Origin: Chiloscyllium plagiosum
Lineage: Eukaryota
Direction of reading: 5' to 3'
NCBI RefSeq assembly: GCF_004010195.1
Contig: NC_057710.1
Span: forward strand, 89,195,666 to 89,259,665
DNA: 64,000 nt
Shown: positions 1 to 13,369 of the stretch, piece by piece
How the letters are laid out: each line of letters begins with the position of its first letter
How positions within the stretch are numbered: the stretch's first letter is position 1
The notes under the pieces: generated by a model
Seen by the model: only the letters and a program-made list of their open reading frames with translations
Database searches by the model: none
What the model was told of the DNA's origin: nothing
Translations under genes and position numbers: made by a program

Positions 1-678
1 ATAACTGCAGTTTAATTTATTAGTCCTACCTTGTCCCTGCCTGCCCTGACTGTTTGACTCGCTTCTGTTCTCAACTGTAAAAGTCTCAGATTGATCTGTA
101 TCCTCACTATCTCCCTGGGTCCTACCCCCAACCTTACTACTTTAAATCCTCCTGAGCAACTCTAGCAAATCTCCCTGCCAGTATATTAGTCCCCTTCCAA
201 TTTAAGTGCAATCCGTCTTTCTTGTACAGGTCACTTCTACCCCCAAAAGAGATTCCAATGATCCAAGAATGTGAATCCTTCTTCCATACACCAGCTCCTC
301 AGCCATGCATTCATCTGTTCTATCCTCCTATTCCTGCACTCAGTAGCTCGTAGCACTGGGAGTAATCCAGATATTACTACTCTTGAGGACCTCCGTTTTA
401 AATTTCTGCCTAACTCTCTGTAATCTCCCTTCAGAGTCTCAACCTTTTCCCTTCCAATGTCATTGGTTCCAATGTGGACAATGACTTCTTGCTGGCCCCT
501 CTCCCCCATGAGAACATTCTGCACCATCTCTGAGACATCCTTGATCCTGGCACCAGGGAAGCCACACACCACTCTGCTTTTTCGCTGCTGGCCACAGAAA
601 CGTCTGTCTGTACCTTGAACTAGAGAATCCCCTGACACAATTGATCTCTTGGAACCAAACGTACTCCTCGTTGCATTT
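1..678 (-). mobile_element. CR1 LINE 5' fragment with ORF1 SGNH esterase domain
   Basis: ORF 237..638 has GDS..., CGFPGARIKDV, VIVHIGTND and VVISGLLP esterase blocks. It is the reverse complement of the family copy at 18594-19115. Confidence 0.88.
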
Positions 679-1249
679 TCTAAAATTCAGTCAGTTCACA
701 GACTCCTGGCCCCCACCTTTTTGTAATGAAGAATTATAGTATATAACTCTAAAGTGTTGGAAAATGGATTTTGGTTTTCAGTTCTGTGCAAATCTAACCT
801 TGAAGATCAGGTAGTAATTTTGAACATTGAATTAGTTGAGGGGGCAGGGAGAGGGAGAGTAGCAGGTTCATTCTGTGGGAATAGCTATAACAATGAAGGG
901 CGCTATTGGTGCAGTTGCCATGAAGTCAGCGCTTGCTAGAAGTCCCGAGCTTAGAAACCTGAGAGAAAATAACAGAAAACATTTGGGACTGTCTGAGAAC
1001 AAGACGAGTGTTTAGGAAGCCCATGTTAAATAATAGTAAGCTGAGAATTGTCATTTGTTTTAATGTGGAGATAAGGGTAACTCCTCCAGAGGGTTGTGTG
1101 TCTTTATGGGTATCATTGGGCTTAAGGGCATCCATCTTTGTGATGTTTGTAATGAAATTGCTGCAGTAGTTCTTGTATAGTGTGATACAGTTTGTGTTTT
1201 TCATTTTGTGTAATGCACTTGTACGCTTCTATATTCTTTGTTTCAATTA

Positions 1250-1760
1250 AACAGACAGAGGGTAGTGATGGAAGGTTGCTTTTCAGACTGGAGTCCTGTG
1301 ACCAGCAGTGTGCCACAAGGATTGGTGGTGGATCCACTGCTTTTAATCATTTATATAAATGTTTTGGATGTGAGTACAGAAGGTGTGGTTCGTAGGTTTA
1401 CAGATAACACCAACATAAGTGGTATAGTGGACAGCAACAAAGATTACCTCAGTACAACGGGTCTTTGATCAGATGTGCAAATGGGCGGAGTGGCAGATGG
1501 GTTTAATTTAGATAAATTTTAGGTGCTGAGTTTTGGTAAGGCGAATCAGGGTAGGACTGAGAAACTTAAAGCTAAGGTCTTCGAGAGTGTTGCCGAACAA
1601 AGAGACCACAAGGTCCAGGTCTATAGTTTGTTCAAAGCAGAGTCACAGATAGACAGGATAGTGAAGAAGGCATTTATTTTACTTGCCTTTCTTGGTCAGT
1701 GCATGGAGTATAGGAATTGGGAGGTCATGTTACGATTGTACAAGACATTGGTTAGGCCTT
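1250..1760 (+). mobile_element. CR1 LINE RT fragment (degenerate)
   Basis: CFSDWSPVTSSVPQG and EVMLRLYKTLVRP motifs with frameshifts. Confidence 0.85.
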
Positions 1761-3171
1761 AGAGAACAATAGGGCTGTTTTATAGAGAGATGAGTGACTG
1801 ATGGTTTAATGTGAGGATCACCATTGCTTAGGTGAAAGGTGAGGTTGAGAAAGGGGGATACTCGTGGTAACAGCAACTAATGTGAGAATTGTTGGCATCT
1901 CACTGCATTGCAACCCAACTGTCCAGCCAACTGAGCTAGCTGAATCTGTGGATATCTTTACCACAGAGGTCTGTAGAGGCTGGGTCATTATTTATATTCA
2001 AGGCTGAGAGGGACAGAATTTCTATCAGTAAGGAAATCGGGGGTCCTGGGGAAAGGCAATAGAGTTGAGGATTATCAGATCAGCCACGATCTTATTGAAT
2101 GGCAAAGCAGACCTGAATGGCCTATTTTTGCTTCTGTTATATTGTTTTGAAAATTGTTTCGGTCTCCTTTTCTCAAAGGAGATCATCCCAGCATCTTTAA
2201 TTTAACTTTATAGCTAAATTTCCTAATCTGTGCACCCTCTTAAGGACCCTCACATGCTTCCTGATATCCATATTGAATGTAATGCAGTGTGTTCTAACTA
2301 GAACTTCATAAATGTTTGACATAACTTCCCTGCTTTTGTACATAACACCTTTCATCAGTCTTCTATTTGCTGTGCTGCCTACTTTCTCGATATCCCCTGC
2401 CACCTTCCCATATCTATGCATATGAGCCCCCAGAACCCTCGACTTTTACAGCTACATTGTTTATTTTATATTTTCCTCATTCTTCTGCAAAAATTCATCA
2501 TCCAGAGTTGTTTGCACTAAAATCCATCTGTCACTTGACTGCCTATACTGCTAATCTATCTTTTGCCCTTTTGCATTAAATTTACTCCTCAATTTGCCAC
2601 ACCTTCCAGGTTATTGAACAAAATCTATTGGATATCATTGTAAACACATCCTGATTGGGAATTCATTTGTTTCCATTTGATTGATCTTCCGATTAGGAGA
2701 TATATAATTGGTAGTTCAGCCAGTGTTGTGTCAGCTAAGCACACCATTTTCCCAGTTCTGTAAGGCAGAACAACAGAATATGAGGAAAAAAAGCAGTGTC
2801 CTCCTGGCTTTGCACTGCCATGGTTAATGACCCTTTTATCAGAATTTGGAAAAGTTAGAAATTTGATAGGTTTTACCAAGGTGAGATGATGGAGGGAGAG
2901 AGCAAAAGAAAGAGTCTATGAGAGGGTGAATGATGGAAGTGCTTGATCACTCTCTTTCCACTTTTTCCTCTTACATGTATTTAAAATCTAGTAAACTTCT
3001 AACTTTTTTCAGTTCTAATGAAAGGTCATTGACCCAAAAGTTTATCTGTTTATCTTCCTTGACTACATTTCCTCATTATGTCTTTTAAAAGCTTATGGAT
3101 ATCTTTCTTAACACTGTCTTGAATAACCTAAGTGAGAACTGCTAATGATAAGCAGGGTGGGATGACTTCAG

Positions 3172-4740
3172 TTTCAAAACAACAAGTGCTGAAGATCAAG
3201 CAGTGAGGCAGCATCCATGGAGAGAAAGCAAGCTGATGTTTTGAGATGACTCTTCACTAGAGCTGACCTGAAGTGTGGAGGTGGCATCATTTATGCAATA
3301 ATGGGGAGAGGGGGCTGGAGTGCTTGGGAGAAAGATGTTGATAGTTCAGATTAAGTGATTGGAATGTGAGAATGGCAGAACAATGCTGTTTTGCTGCCGG
3401 ATTGGAAAGAACCAAGTATGACACAACATGTAAACATCAAGCTGTTGTCAGGGCTGTCACCGACCTCATTACCTCCAGAGATCTTCCCAACCCCACACTG
3501 CCTCCAACCTTATAGTTTGCCATCCCTGGATAGCCCACTTCCACTTCCTTCTCAAAGTTCACAAACTAGACTGCCCTGATAGACTCAGCCTGTTCCTGCC
3601 CCACCAAGCTCATTCGTCCTATCTTGATTCCATCTTCTTTCTGCTTGTCCAGACCTTGCCCACATACATCCACAATTCCTCTGATGCTCTCTGCCATATT
3701 TACAATTTCCAGTTCCCTGGCTCTAACTGCCTCCTGTTCACTGTGGTTGTCAAAACCCTCTTAGCTTCATTCCTCAACAGGATGGTCTGAGAGCTCTTGG
3801 TTTCTTTCTCGACCAGAGGCTTGAATAATCCCCCTCCACTACCGTTCTCCTCTGCTTGGCTGAACTTGTTCTCTCGCTGAACAACTTCTTCTTTAATTCA
3901 TCTCACTTCTGCCAAGTCAAAGGAGTAACTATGGGCACCCACATGGGTCCCAGTTTTGCCTGCATCGTTATGGGGTACATGGAACAATCCCTGTTCTAGT
4001 CCTATACTGGCCCCCTCTCTCAACTCTCCTTTTCAGTACTTTGATGTCTGTTTCAGTGCAGTTTCATGCTCCCACCTGGAACTTGAAAAATTTGTTCATT
4101 TGCCTCCAATTTCTACCCCTCTATAACTTTCAAGTTATCCATTTCCAACACTTCCCTTCCTTTCCTTCACCTCTCTGTCTCCAATTCGAGGAATAAACTG
4201 TCCACTGCTATCCACTACAAAGTCACTGACTCCCATAGCTACCTTCACTACAGCTCTTCACACTCCATATCCTGTAAGAATTCCATCCCATTCTTCCATT
4301 CTTCCGCCTATGTCGTACCTGTTTGACTGATGCCACTTTCCAAAACAGGTTAAGTAAAGGAGGTAGAAGTGGGCTGTCTGGATTTAAGACTGTAAGGTTG
4401 GAGGCAGTGAGGAGTCAGAAAGATATCCAAGGTAGTAAGGTTGGTGACAGTCCTGGCATCAATGCCTTGATATTCGGACGTGAGGTCATGATCTGTTCTT
4501 TCCAGTCTGGCAGTTAGACACACCATTGTTCTGTCATTGTCACATTCTGATCAGTTAATCTGAACTATCAATATCCCTTCTCCTTCCCGCATGCGCATGT
4601 GCACACAGGCACCAGCCCCACATCAGCTCAGATGAAGAGTCATCTGAACTCATAATGTTAGCTTGCTCTCATTCTCAGCATGGATACTGCCTGACCTAGG
4701 ATTTGTTGTTTTCAGTACAGCTTCCAATATCTGCAGTGAA
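3172..4740 (+). mobile_element. Old Penelope-like retroelement remnant: RT core bracketed by long inverted segments
   Basis: Decayed PLE RT (caagtcaaaggagtaactatgggcacccacatgggtccc = QVKGVTMGTHMGP). 3172-3540 is roughly inverted at 4350-4740. Degenerate hammerhead-like motif near 4625-4665. Confidence 0.7.
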
Positions 4741-4858
4741 TGGCTCCAGTTTTGTAGTTTAAATTTACAGTTTTAACTACTGTTGGTTGAGAATTATTTA
4801 TACTATTTGAATGATGTTGTTAGTCACAATTTTCTTTTTCTAATTATTTATGTTTTAG

Positions 4859-4912
4859 GAGAAACCATTGTCCAGGTCATTGCAAAGAGGTGAAGATTTA
4901 CAGTTTGATCAG
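4859..4912 (+). CDS. FRYL: FRYL coding exon (1st in window), EKPLSRSLQRGEDLQFDQ
   Basis: ttttag acceptor, gtaag donor, 54 nt, phase 0/0. The peptide matches the recalled vertebrate FRYL N-terminus. Confidence 0.95.
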
Positions 4913-4940
4913 GTAAGAAAATTGGCCTACTATGTTTTAT

Positions 4941-6306
4941 GAGAAAGTGAGGATTGCAGATGCTGGAGATCAGAGCTAAAAATGTGTTGCTGGAAAAGCG
5001 CAGCAGGTCAGGCACCATCCAAGGAGCAGGAGAATCGACGTTTCGGGCATGAGCCTTTCTTTAGGAATGAGGAAAGTGTGCCAAGCAGGCTAAGATAAAA
5101 GGTAGGGAGAAGGGACTTGGGGGAGGGACGTTGGAAATACGATAGGTGGAAGGAGGTTAAGGTGAGGGTGATAGGCCGGAGTGGGGGTGAGGGTGGAGAG
5201 GTCAGGAAGAAGATTGCAGGTTAGGAAGGTGGTGCTGAGTTCGAGGGTTGGGACTGAGACANNNNNNNNNNNNNNNNNNNNNNNNNNNNNNNNNNNNNNN
5301 NNNNNNNNNNNNNNNNNNNNNNNNNNNNNNNNNNNNNNNNNNNNNNNNNNNNNNNNNNNNNNNNNNNNNNNNNNNNNNNNNNNNNNNNNNNNNNNNNNNN
5401 NNNNNNNNNNNNNNNNNNNNNNNNNNNNNNNNNNNNNNNNNNNNNNNNNNNNNNNNNNNNNNNNNNNNNNNNNNNNNNNNNNNNNNNNNNNNNNNNNNNN
5501 NNNNNNNNNNNNNNNNNNNNNNNNNNNNNNNNNNNNNNNNNNNNNNNNNNNNNNNNNNNNNNNNNNNNNNNNNNNNNNNNNNNNNNNNNNNNNNNNNNNN
5601 NNNNNNNNNNNNNNNNNNNNNNNNNNNNNNNNNNNNNNNNNNNNNNNNNNNNNNNNNNNNNNNNNNNNNNNNNNNNNNNNNNNNNNNNNNNNNNNNNNNN
5701 NNNNNNNNNNNNNNNNNNNNNNNNNNNNNNNNNNNNNNNNNNNNNNNNNNNNNNNNNNNNNNNNNNNNNNNNNNNNNNNNNNNNNNNNNNNNNNNNNNNN
5801 NNNNNNNNNNNNNNNNNNNNNNNNNNNNNNNNNNNNNNNNNNNNNNNNNNNNNNNNNNNNNNNNNNNNNNNNNNNNNNNNNNNNNNNNNNNNNNNNNNNN
5901 NNNNNNNNNNNNNNNNNNNNNNNNNNNNNNNNNNNNNNNNNNNNNNNNNNNNNNNNNNNNNNNNNNNNNNNNNNNNNNNNNNNNNNNNNNNNNNNNNNNN
6001 NNNNNNNNNNNNNNNNNNNNNNNNNNNNNNNNNNNNNNNNNNNNNNNNNNNNNNNNNNNNNNNNNNNNNNNNNNNNNNNNNNNNNNNNNNNNNNNNNNNN
6101 NCGATACAGTCATCGATGTAGTGGAGGAAAAGGTGGGGGGTGGTGCCAGTGTAGCTGCGGAAGATGGACTGTTCCACATATCCTACGAAGAGGCAGGCAT
6201 AGCTGGGGCCCATGCGGGTGCCCATGGCTACTCCTTTGGTTTGGAGGAAGTGGGAGGATTGAAAAGAGAAGTTGTTCAGAGTGAGGACCAGTTCAGTCAG
6301 TCGAAG
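4941..6306 (-). mobile_element. Penelope-like retroelement, 5'-truncated and spanning an assembly gap
   Basis: 6102-6306 encodes MGTRMGPSYACLFVGYVEQ...HYIDDC (PLE RT). 4941-5261 is the 3' end/terminal repeat, of the same family as the short hammerhead elements. Linkage across the Ns is assumed. Confidence 0.8.
5262..6101. other. Assembly gap (Ns)
   Basis: Run of N. Confidence 0.99.
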
Positions 6307-7906
6307 GAGCTAAGCCAACCCTCCCTCAATACCTTTGTCAAATCTCCTCTTAATCATCTTCTCTTCAAGAAAAACAGTCCAAATTTTGTCAGTCTCCCTT
6401 TATTCCTGGAACCATTCTCATAAACCTCTTCTGCACTTTCTCCAATGTGGACGTGTCCTTTCTAAATTGTGGTGCGCAGAACTGTACACATTAATGAACA
6501 TTGAATATAGCATTTCAAGAAATGCAGTAGTTCAAGCAAAAGGCCCACATCACAATCGCGGACAACTAGCAATGGCCAAGAAATGTGATCTAGTCAGCAA
6601 TAGTCATATCTCGAGAACGTTTTCTTTCATTGGTGACAAACATACTGCATCCAAAGCAGTCTGGTGATCTACTATTGTAATCATTGTTTCTAAGAACAAA
6701 TTATTACCCCTAAATATTACACATGGTAAATTAGGCGCTTGCATTGGAGGAAACATTGAAAAACATGGAAATTAGATACTGTTGGCAAAACCATGGAATA
6801 TTTGGAAGTGTTAGGATATGCATGCATTAGGGGGGGAGTAATATTGGTGGATTTTTAACTTTTCTGCTTTTAACTTGTATTTACACTTAAGTATTAGTGT
6901 AGAGGTTATCAATTTGGAAGGTGTTGTAAAAGAAGCCCTAGCAGTTTGTTGTAGTTCATCTTGTAGAAGATACAACTGCTGCTGTATCTCACTGATAGAA
7001 GGACTCATTGTTAACATTGTTTGATGATGTCTCGCTCAAGTAATCTACTTTGTCTCATAAGGTGTCAAGCATTTTAATGGTCATTTGAACATGTTTGGCT
7101 ACGTGCAGTGCCATTATACTCCTGACATGTTTTGTAGATCATTTGAAAGCTTGTTTTAGAAAGTTGAAAGGTAAGTTAGTTCCAAAAGGTTGATCCAGTT
7201 AAGTTTCTCGTCATTAGTAATCCATGAAGTGTTGTTGGTAGGTTATTCAGCAATCACCTATTGAATGTCAAGGTGAGATGGGTTAAATACTCTCTTGGTG
7301 GAGATGGTAATTTCTTCGAAATTGTGTGGTGTGAATGAAACATGCCACTTATCAGCCCCAGCATGAATGCTACCCAGGAGTTGCTGCCCATGAGTTTGTA
7401 CTGCTTCAGTAGCTGTAGAGTTGCATATGGTTTGAAACTCTAGTCATTAGAACACATTCTAATTCTGATCTTGGGTTGGAAGAAAGTCATTGAGAAAGCA
7501 GCTGAAGGTGATTGGCATTGGCCCACTATCATGGGGAATTCTTTGACAGCAGTGTTCTGGAGTGGAGTTAATTTGCTTGCAAAAAAACACCAGGCATCTT
7601 TCTGCTAAGTATGACTCCAAAAGGGGAGCGTTTTCCTCTGATTCCCACTGAAACCTTACTAAGAATCTGTGGTGCACTTAGTTTGAAACTTAACTAGGTC
7701 ACTGTCACCTCTGGAATTCAGCCCCCTTGTCCATGTTTAGACCAAGGCTGTAATGAGATCAGGAGCTGAGTAATCTTGGTGGCAGTCATACCTCGAAATC
7801 AGTGAACAGGTATTTATCATGTACCTGCCACTTGAAAGCACTGTCGATGACACCTCCTTTTACTCTTTTGATGATTGAGCATAAATTACTGGGATGATAA
7901 TCGGCC

Positions 7907-8255
7907 ACGGGTGGTACTGTAGCTCAATAGTTAACACTCCTGCCTCGCAGCGGCAGGGACTCGGGTTCGATTCCAGCCTTGGGCAACCGTCTGTATGAAA
8001 TTGGCACATTCTTCTGGTGTGTACATGGGTTCCTCCATATGTCCCAGTTTCCTCCCGTAGTCCAAAGATGTGCAGGTTAGGTGGATGGGTAATTTAGCTA
8101 GTCCAGTAGTGTCCAGGGATGTTCAGGCTATGTGGGTCAGCAGTGGGAATTGTGAGTGTGGGGAGAGATGAGTGTGTCTGGGTGGGGAGCTCTTCTGAGG
8201 GTTGGTGTGGACTTAATGAGCCAAATGGCCTGCTTCTACACTGTAGGCTTCTATG
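7907..8255 (+). mobile_element. HE1-like tRNA-derived SINE (diverged)
   Basis: A/B boxes (tagctcaatagtt, gggttcgattcc), central tccaaagatgtgcaggttag domain, CR1-like tail. Confidence 0.8.
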
Positions 8256-10070
8256 ATCAATTTGGATTTGTGGACAAAACATAATCTGAGCAATTTTGTA
8301 CAGAGAATAGTGACATCTTAGTGAATGAATATTAACTTGCTGTTCCTATTTGTTTGCAACATTCTCATGGGAGATTTCACAAGATGGATGCCCAGGCAAA
8401 TTGAAACACAATGAAAAAACAGTGTAGAAGGAGTGCATGTTGCAGCAGGAGGAGAAAGAACAGAGGGTAGAATAAGGCACACATCATTGTTCAGGGTGTA
8501 ACTGGAGTGCCACTTGGATGGTGCAAGAGGGGTTTGTAAAATTATTCACTGAATGGTGTCTTAGCAAACCTGAACAATTCAAAATAAGGCTGAATGCTCA
8601 TTTTACATTGGGAAAAAACAATGATTGGAAAAAATCTTCAGAAAGCCTGGGTTCTCTCAAATAGCTTGACAATAATTAAGCACTTATAGATAAATTCTCT
8701 GTGCTAAAAATTGACATACAGTCGTGTGGGGATTGCTGCCAGACTTAGTATTAATTGTAAAACTACAAAGAACTTCTAGATGGTCAAGACTAGGTTGAAG
8801 ATTAAGGCAGGAGGTGAGTATGGCCAGGGTTTGGAAATTGAGTCAATGATCAATTTTGAAGTGAATGAACGTGACCACAGAAGAGTGAAAACACCAGCTA
8901 GCATTTTGAAGTGTAAATTTTACCCATCTTCAAAATACAATCGTACCATTTCAGAGATAAGTGCAATCAGTTCTACCTATGTTGGAATGAAGCAAATAAC
9001 TGTGGATGCTGGAGATTTGAAACAAAAACAGAAATTTCTAGTCAAACTCAGCAAGTCTGACAGCATCTATGTGGAGATAGCAGAGTTGATGTTTTCATTC
9101 CACTGACTGGTCACCATATGTTGAAATCCAGAGGAACTGATCAAACAAAGTAAAACATTGCATTGATTGTTAGGTATGACAAGTTTCTGTTACCCTTGTT
9201 ATTTTTCTGATTCTTTTTGCGCTGTTTGAAATGTCAATTTGTATCAGTAAAGAGATTTGAACTGCCTGGATTCAAGTTTATGCGGGTCTACAAAATTAAT
9301 TGAATGCAAAGTCTTCCAACATTTCTGAGAGAAACGTAGCACTTGTTAAAAATGTTCTTTTTTCTCTATTTCCCTTGTTCAAGCAAAGAACCTTAAAAAT
9401 TACTGGATTTATTAGCATCTGTTGTGTTTGCAAACCCCTAATGGTGCAATGCATAGAAAAGGGTGTCAAATGGAGGATTGCGTAGTTCAACATGTGTTTG
9501 CATACAATGCAAATTAAAACTTAAACTCTTGACATATATATCTCTCAAATTTTGATGGCGAGATCAGCAGATCATACAGACTATGAGAGGACTCTGAATT
9601 ATACTTTTGTTTTGTAGTACTTTTTTGCCGTATTTAACTTCACCCAGTTGAAGTTATTCACTTTTGATTTGCACTACTAATGATTGTGTGACAATGCTCA
9701 TCATCAAGAGACCTGCTCTAGTATTTGACAATGTCAATCCTGCTGTGGGATTTGAAGGTTTAAAGTCGATTTTTAAAAGAAATCTGGACAAAAGAACTTG
9801 GCATTGATGTATATTAGCATAACCCGCTCAATTGATGTAAGTACATAAGAATTCTGAGCAGAAGGCCTTCCAAACCTGCTGTGCTATTCAATAACATCAT
9901 GCCTGAACTGCTTATATTGTGAATGCCACAATCACATCTCCCCTGATCTCCTTCAGTTCCCTTGCTTAACAAGAAGTTATTCATCTCTGTTTTGAAAATA
10001 TTTAGTTACCCCACTTCCACTTTTTCTGAGGCAGAGGTCCAGAGTGGTGCAAACTTCCAAGAAGGAATGA

Positions 10071-10331
10071 TTTGGAGATGCTGGTGTTGGACTGGGGTGT
10101 ATAAAGTTAAAAATCTCACAACATCAGGTAGCAGTCCAACAGGTTTAATTGGAAGCACTAGCTTTCGGAGTGCTGCTCCTTCATCAGGTGGTTGTGGAGT
10201 ATAAGATTGTAAGACACAGAATTACGTCATGCTGTAAACTTTTGCTATAAATTCTGTGCCTTACACAGACAGCTAGTACTTCCAATAAAACCTGTTGGAC
10301 TACAACATGGTGTTGTGTGATTTTTAACTTT
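10071..10331 (-). mobile_element. Short PLE-terminal-repeat foldback element, family B
   Basis: Same sequence as 58355-58565. Inverted arms aagttaaaaatc...gatttttaactt. One hammerhead is retained. Confidence 0.8.
10156..10190 (-). ncRNA. Minimal type I hammerhead ribozyme motif
   Basis: Reverse complement: CAC CUGAUGA A GGAG-cagca-CUCC GAAA GCUA GUG. Stem I CAC/GUG, palindromic AGCU stem III. Confidence 0.8.
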
Positions 10332-11647
10332 ATTCAAGAATGAAGAAATTCTTCTCATCTTCGTCCTAAAATGGCTATCCCTAATTTTGAAACCGTGTCA
10401 CCCAGTTCTGGAGTGACCCACAAGAGGAAACATCCTTTCTATGTCCACTTTGTCAAATCCCTTAAGGATCTTACAAAGTTTAAATAAATCACCCATCATG
10501 ATAACGCTATAGAAAACCAGCCCAACCTGTCCAATTTTTCCACATAACACAACCTGTTCATTCTAGGCACCAATCTAGTAAACCTCCTCTGGGCTACCTC
10601 CAAAACATTTATGTCCTGCCTTCAATAAGGAGATCAAAATAGAACAAAGTTTTTGAGATGCATTGTGTATTTGAAGTGAAACAATAATAAAGGATAGAAT
10701 TCCATTAACCACCTTAGTCACTTGCAGCACATAAATAGTAACTTTTTTATGACTGATACATTTGAGCACTTAACTTCTTCTGTACCTGGGAATTCAGGAG
10801 TTATTAACCAATAATAATACTCCACCTTTTTACTTTTCCTGCCAAAGTGAACAAGTTCACGTTTTCCCATATTATAGTCCATCTTCCAGACTTGCTTAAC
10901 TCGTCTTTGAGATTGTATTCTTATTGTATCGACTTTATTAAAAACTCAGAACTAAATTTGAAGATGACATGCCTTTGAAACCCTCACCTAAGTCATTGAT
11001 ATAAATTATAAAAAAATTGGGGGTCCAGCACTGACCCCTCTGTACCTTACAGCTAATGTAGAATCAGTATGTACTGCAAGAAGACTTATTTTCCAAAATC
11101 ATTCATGTATTTATTTTATTCAGTCTCACCATATAAATGTCACTTTTTAGGTTGGGATGTAATCGAAAATCGCACTGTACGGGAAGAAGGTAGGAGAATG
11201 AAGTTGAGACATGTATCAGCCATGATCAAATGATGGAGCAGACTTGATGGGCCAAATAGCCTAATTCTTCTCCTATATCGTGTTCTTATTGTACGCTGAA
11301 AGTAATTGACATTGACACTTTAGAGAGATTTATTGCTAAATAAAGATATTATTTCCTAACCCTAATAAATTCAAGATTTGGTAAGCCACTTGGAAGACAG
11401 TTTACAGTCAACAGTGCTGGCATTGAATTAGAATGACATACAAGCCTGATTGGAAAAGAACTGCAGCTTCCCTTTCCTAAAGGACATTGATGAGCCAATT
11501 GGATTTTCGTGTGTTAAAACATTTTGTGTAAGGGAGCATGGACAGTGTGATGATTTCTGGCTACCAGCCTCATAAGCAGCAGTGATGGGTTTGTGGCAGG
11601 GTTTGCTCGGTTGAAGTATGCATAAGCCTTATATGAATAAACATTAG

Positions 11648-11842
<195 letters not shown>

Positions 11843-13369
11843 TAACTTAATCTTTTTTCTTTTCAATAACTAGAAAACATTTTACAAAAGCTCATTGCTA
11901 CTGAAATTTAGGGTGAAGTATGTACAGTGTTGTAACAACACAAATGGTATTCTTCACTAACAGAATGCTATTGTTAAGCATAAAAGGTGTTCTGCTTATC
12001 TCACAAATGAGTCAGTGTCAGTATGATACTAGGCTTGTAGGCCATACATCCTGAAAATCAGTGGATTATAGTAAACAGCTATCCTTTCAGCTGTTTGCAC
12101 GAAGCATGGTGCTGCCCATACCCAACTTAAATCTGGACTTGTAAAACTCTGAATACTGTGTCCAACTTTCGATGTGATTCTGTGATTGGACAATATTTTC
12201 TAAATGATCTTGAAGAGTTACAATGGTAACTGATTTAAGATTGTCAGTTTGGGTCATTGTGTACTGTAAGCTACACAGGACCCTATTCTTTTTGGACAGA
12301 GAGAACATGTACATATTCTGTACCCATTTCAACTCAACTCAAAAGATGGACGGCCATTCTTTTTGGTTCATTTTGCAGGGCCATGTGTTGACCAATCAAA
12401 GTCTATCTGCCTGGTATAAAATTTAAACAGATTAACTGTCAACGATGAATAACTGGTACATTCTCATGGCCTCTACCAATCAGAGTCTACAATGCAGAGG
12501 CTAATCAATAACAAATCTAAAGCAACTCAAAATTTCTAATGTTCTTCAAAAATTGATAAGACCATAAAACATAGGAGCAAATCAGCGTATGAAGTCTTTT
12601 TCGACTTTCAATTCGATCATAGTGGATTTGATAGTCTTCAACTTCACTTTTCTTTCTTTTTCCTCTTCCCTTACTGTTTAAAAATATATCAGTCTCAGCC
12701 TTGGACATATGTAATGACTCATTCAACAACCTTCTGTGATAAAGAATTTCATAGGTCATTCCAGTCCTGATCTGATTTCCACCAATGAGGTCCATTTTGA
12801 TGACTTTGTTGCATCAATCTCCAAAAGTCTCGATAGTTCTATTCCAATCCTTTCAAATAGAAAACCAACTATCTAAAGCAGTCTACCTAGTTATTTACAG
12901 GACAATGTTCTTCTGCTCCTTCAGCAGAGCAACTATCTCTCTCTTTCTGACTCAAAATGCACCTTGCCCATTCAATGATTCTTTAAAAGTGTGAGAACTG
13001 TCAGTTGAATTCATTAGAATTTCTGTTTGAATTTCTGCCTCCTATGGCACAAAGGCAGACAGCTAAATCAAATCAGCCTCCCTATCCCTGCAACAGTAAA
13101 ATTAAAGCATTCAGTGACTTCCAAAATTCACCCTAATGATTCCTTACCAGACTTTTTTGAACAACTAGCACTAAACTTTGTGAACAATCAATACCAGGTA
13201 CCATGCTTGTAGCTTAAACAAAGCAGTTAATAATTTATTGTTAATGCAGTAGGTTTAACAGGGCAAAGTTAAACTACAAGGTAATCTATTCAGGTCTTCT
13301 TTGATTCTAGCCTCCCACTCTTTCAAAGACAGATAAACAGACACATTTAAGGGTACCAAGAGGGTGCAG

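Noticed and set aside
237..638. Stand-alone SGNH/GDSL esterase gene
   Set aside because: It is CR1 ORF1. The same sequence precedes the endonuclease in the 18.6-kb CR1.
5181..6423. Long ORFs of 325-391 aa
   Set aside because: Length is an artefact of the N run. Only the short PLE RT part is meaningful.
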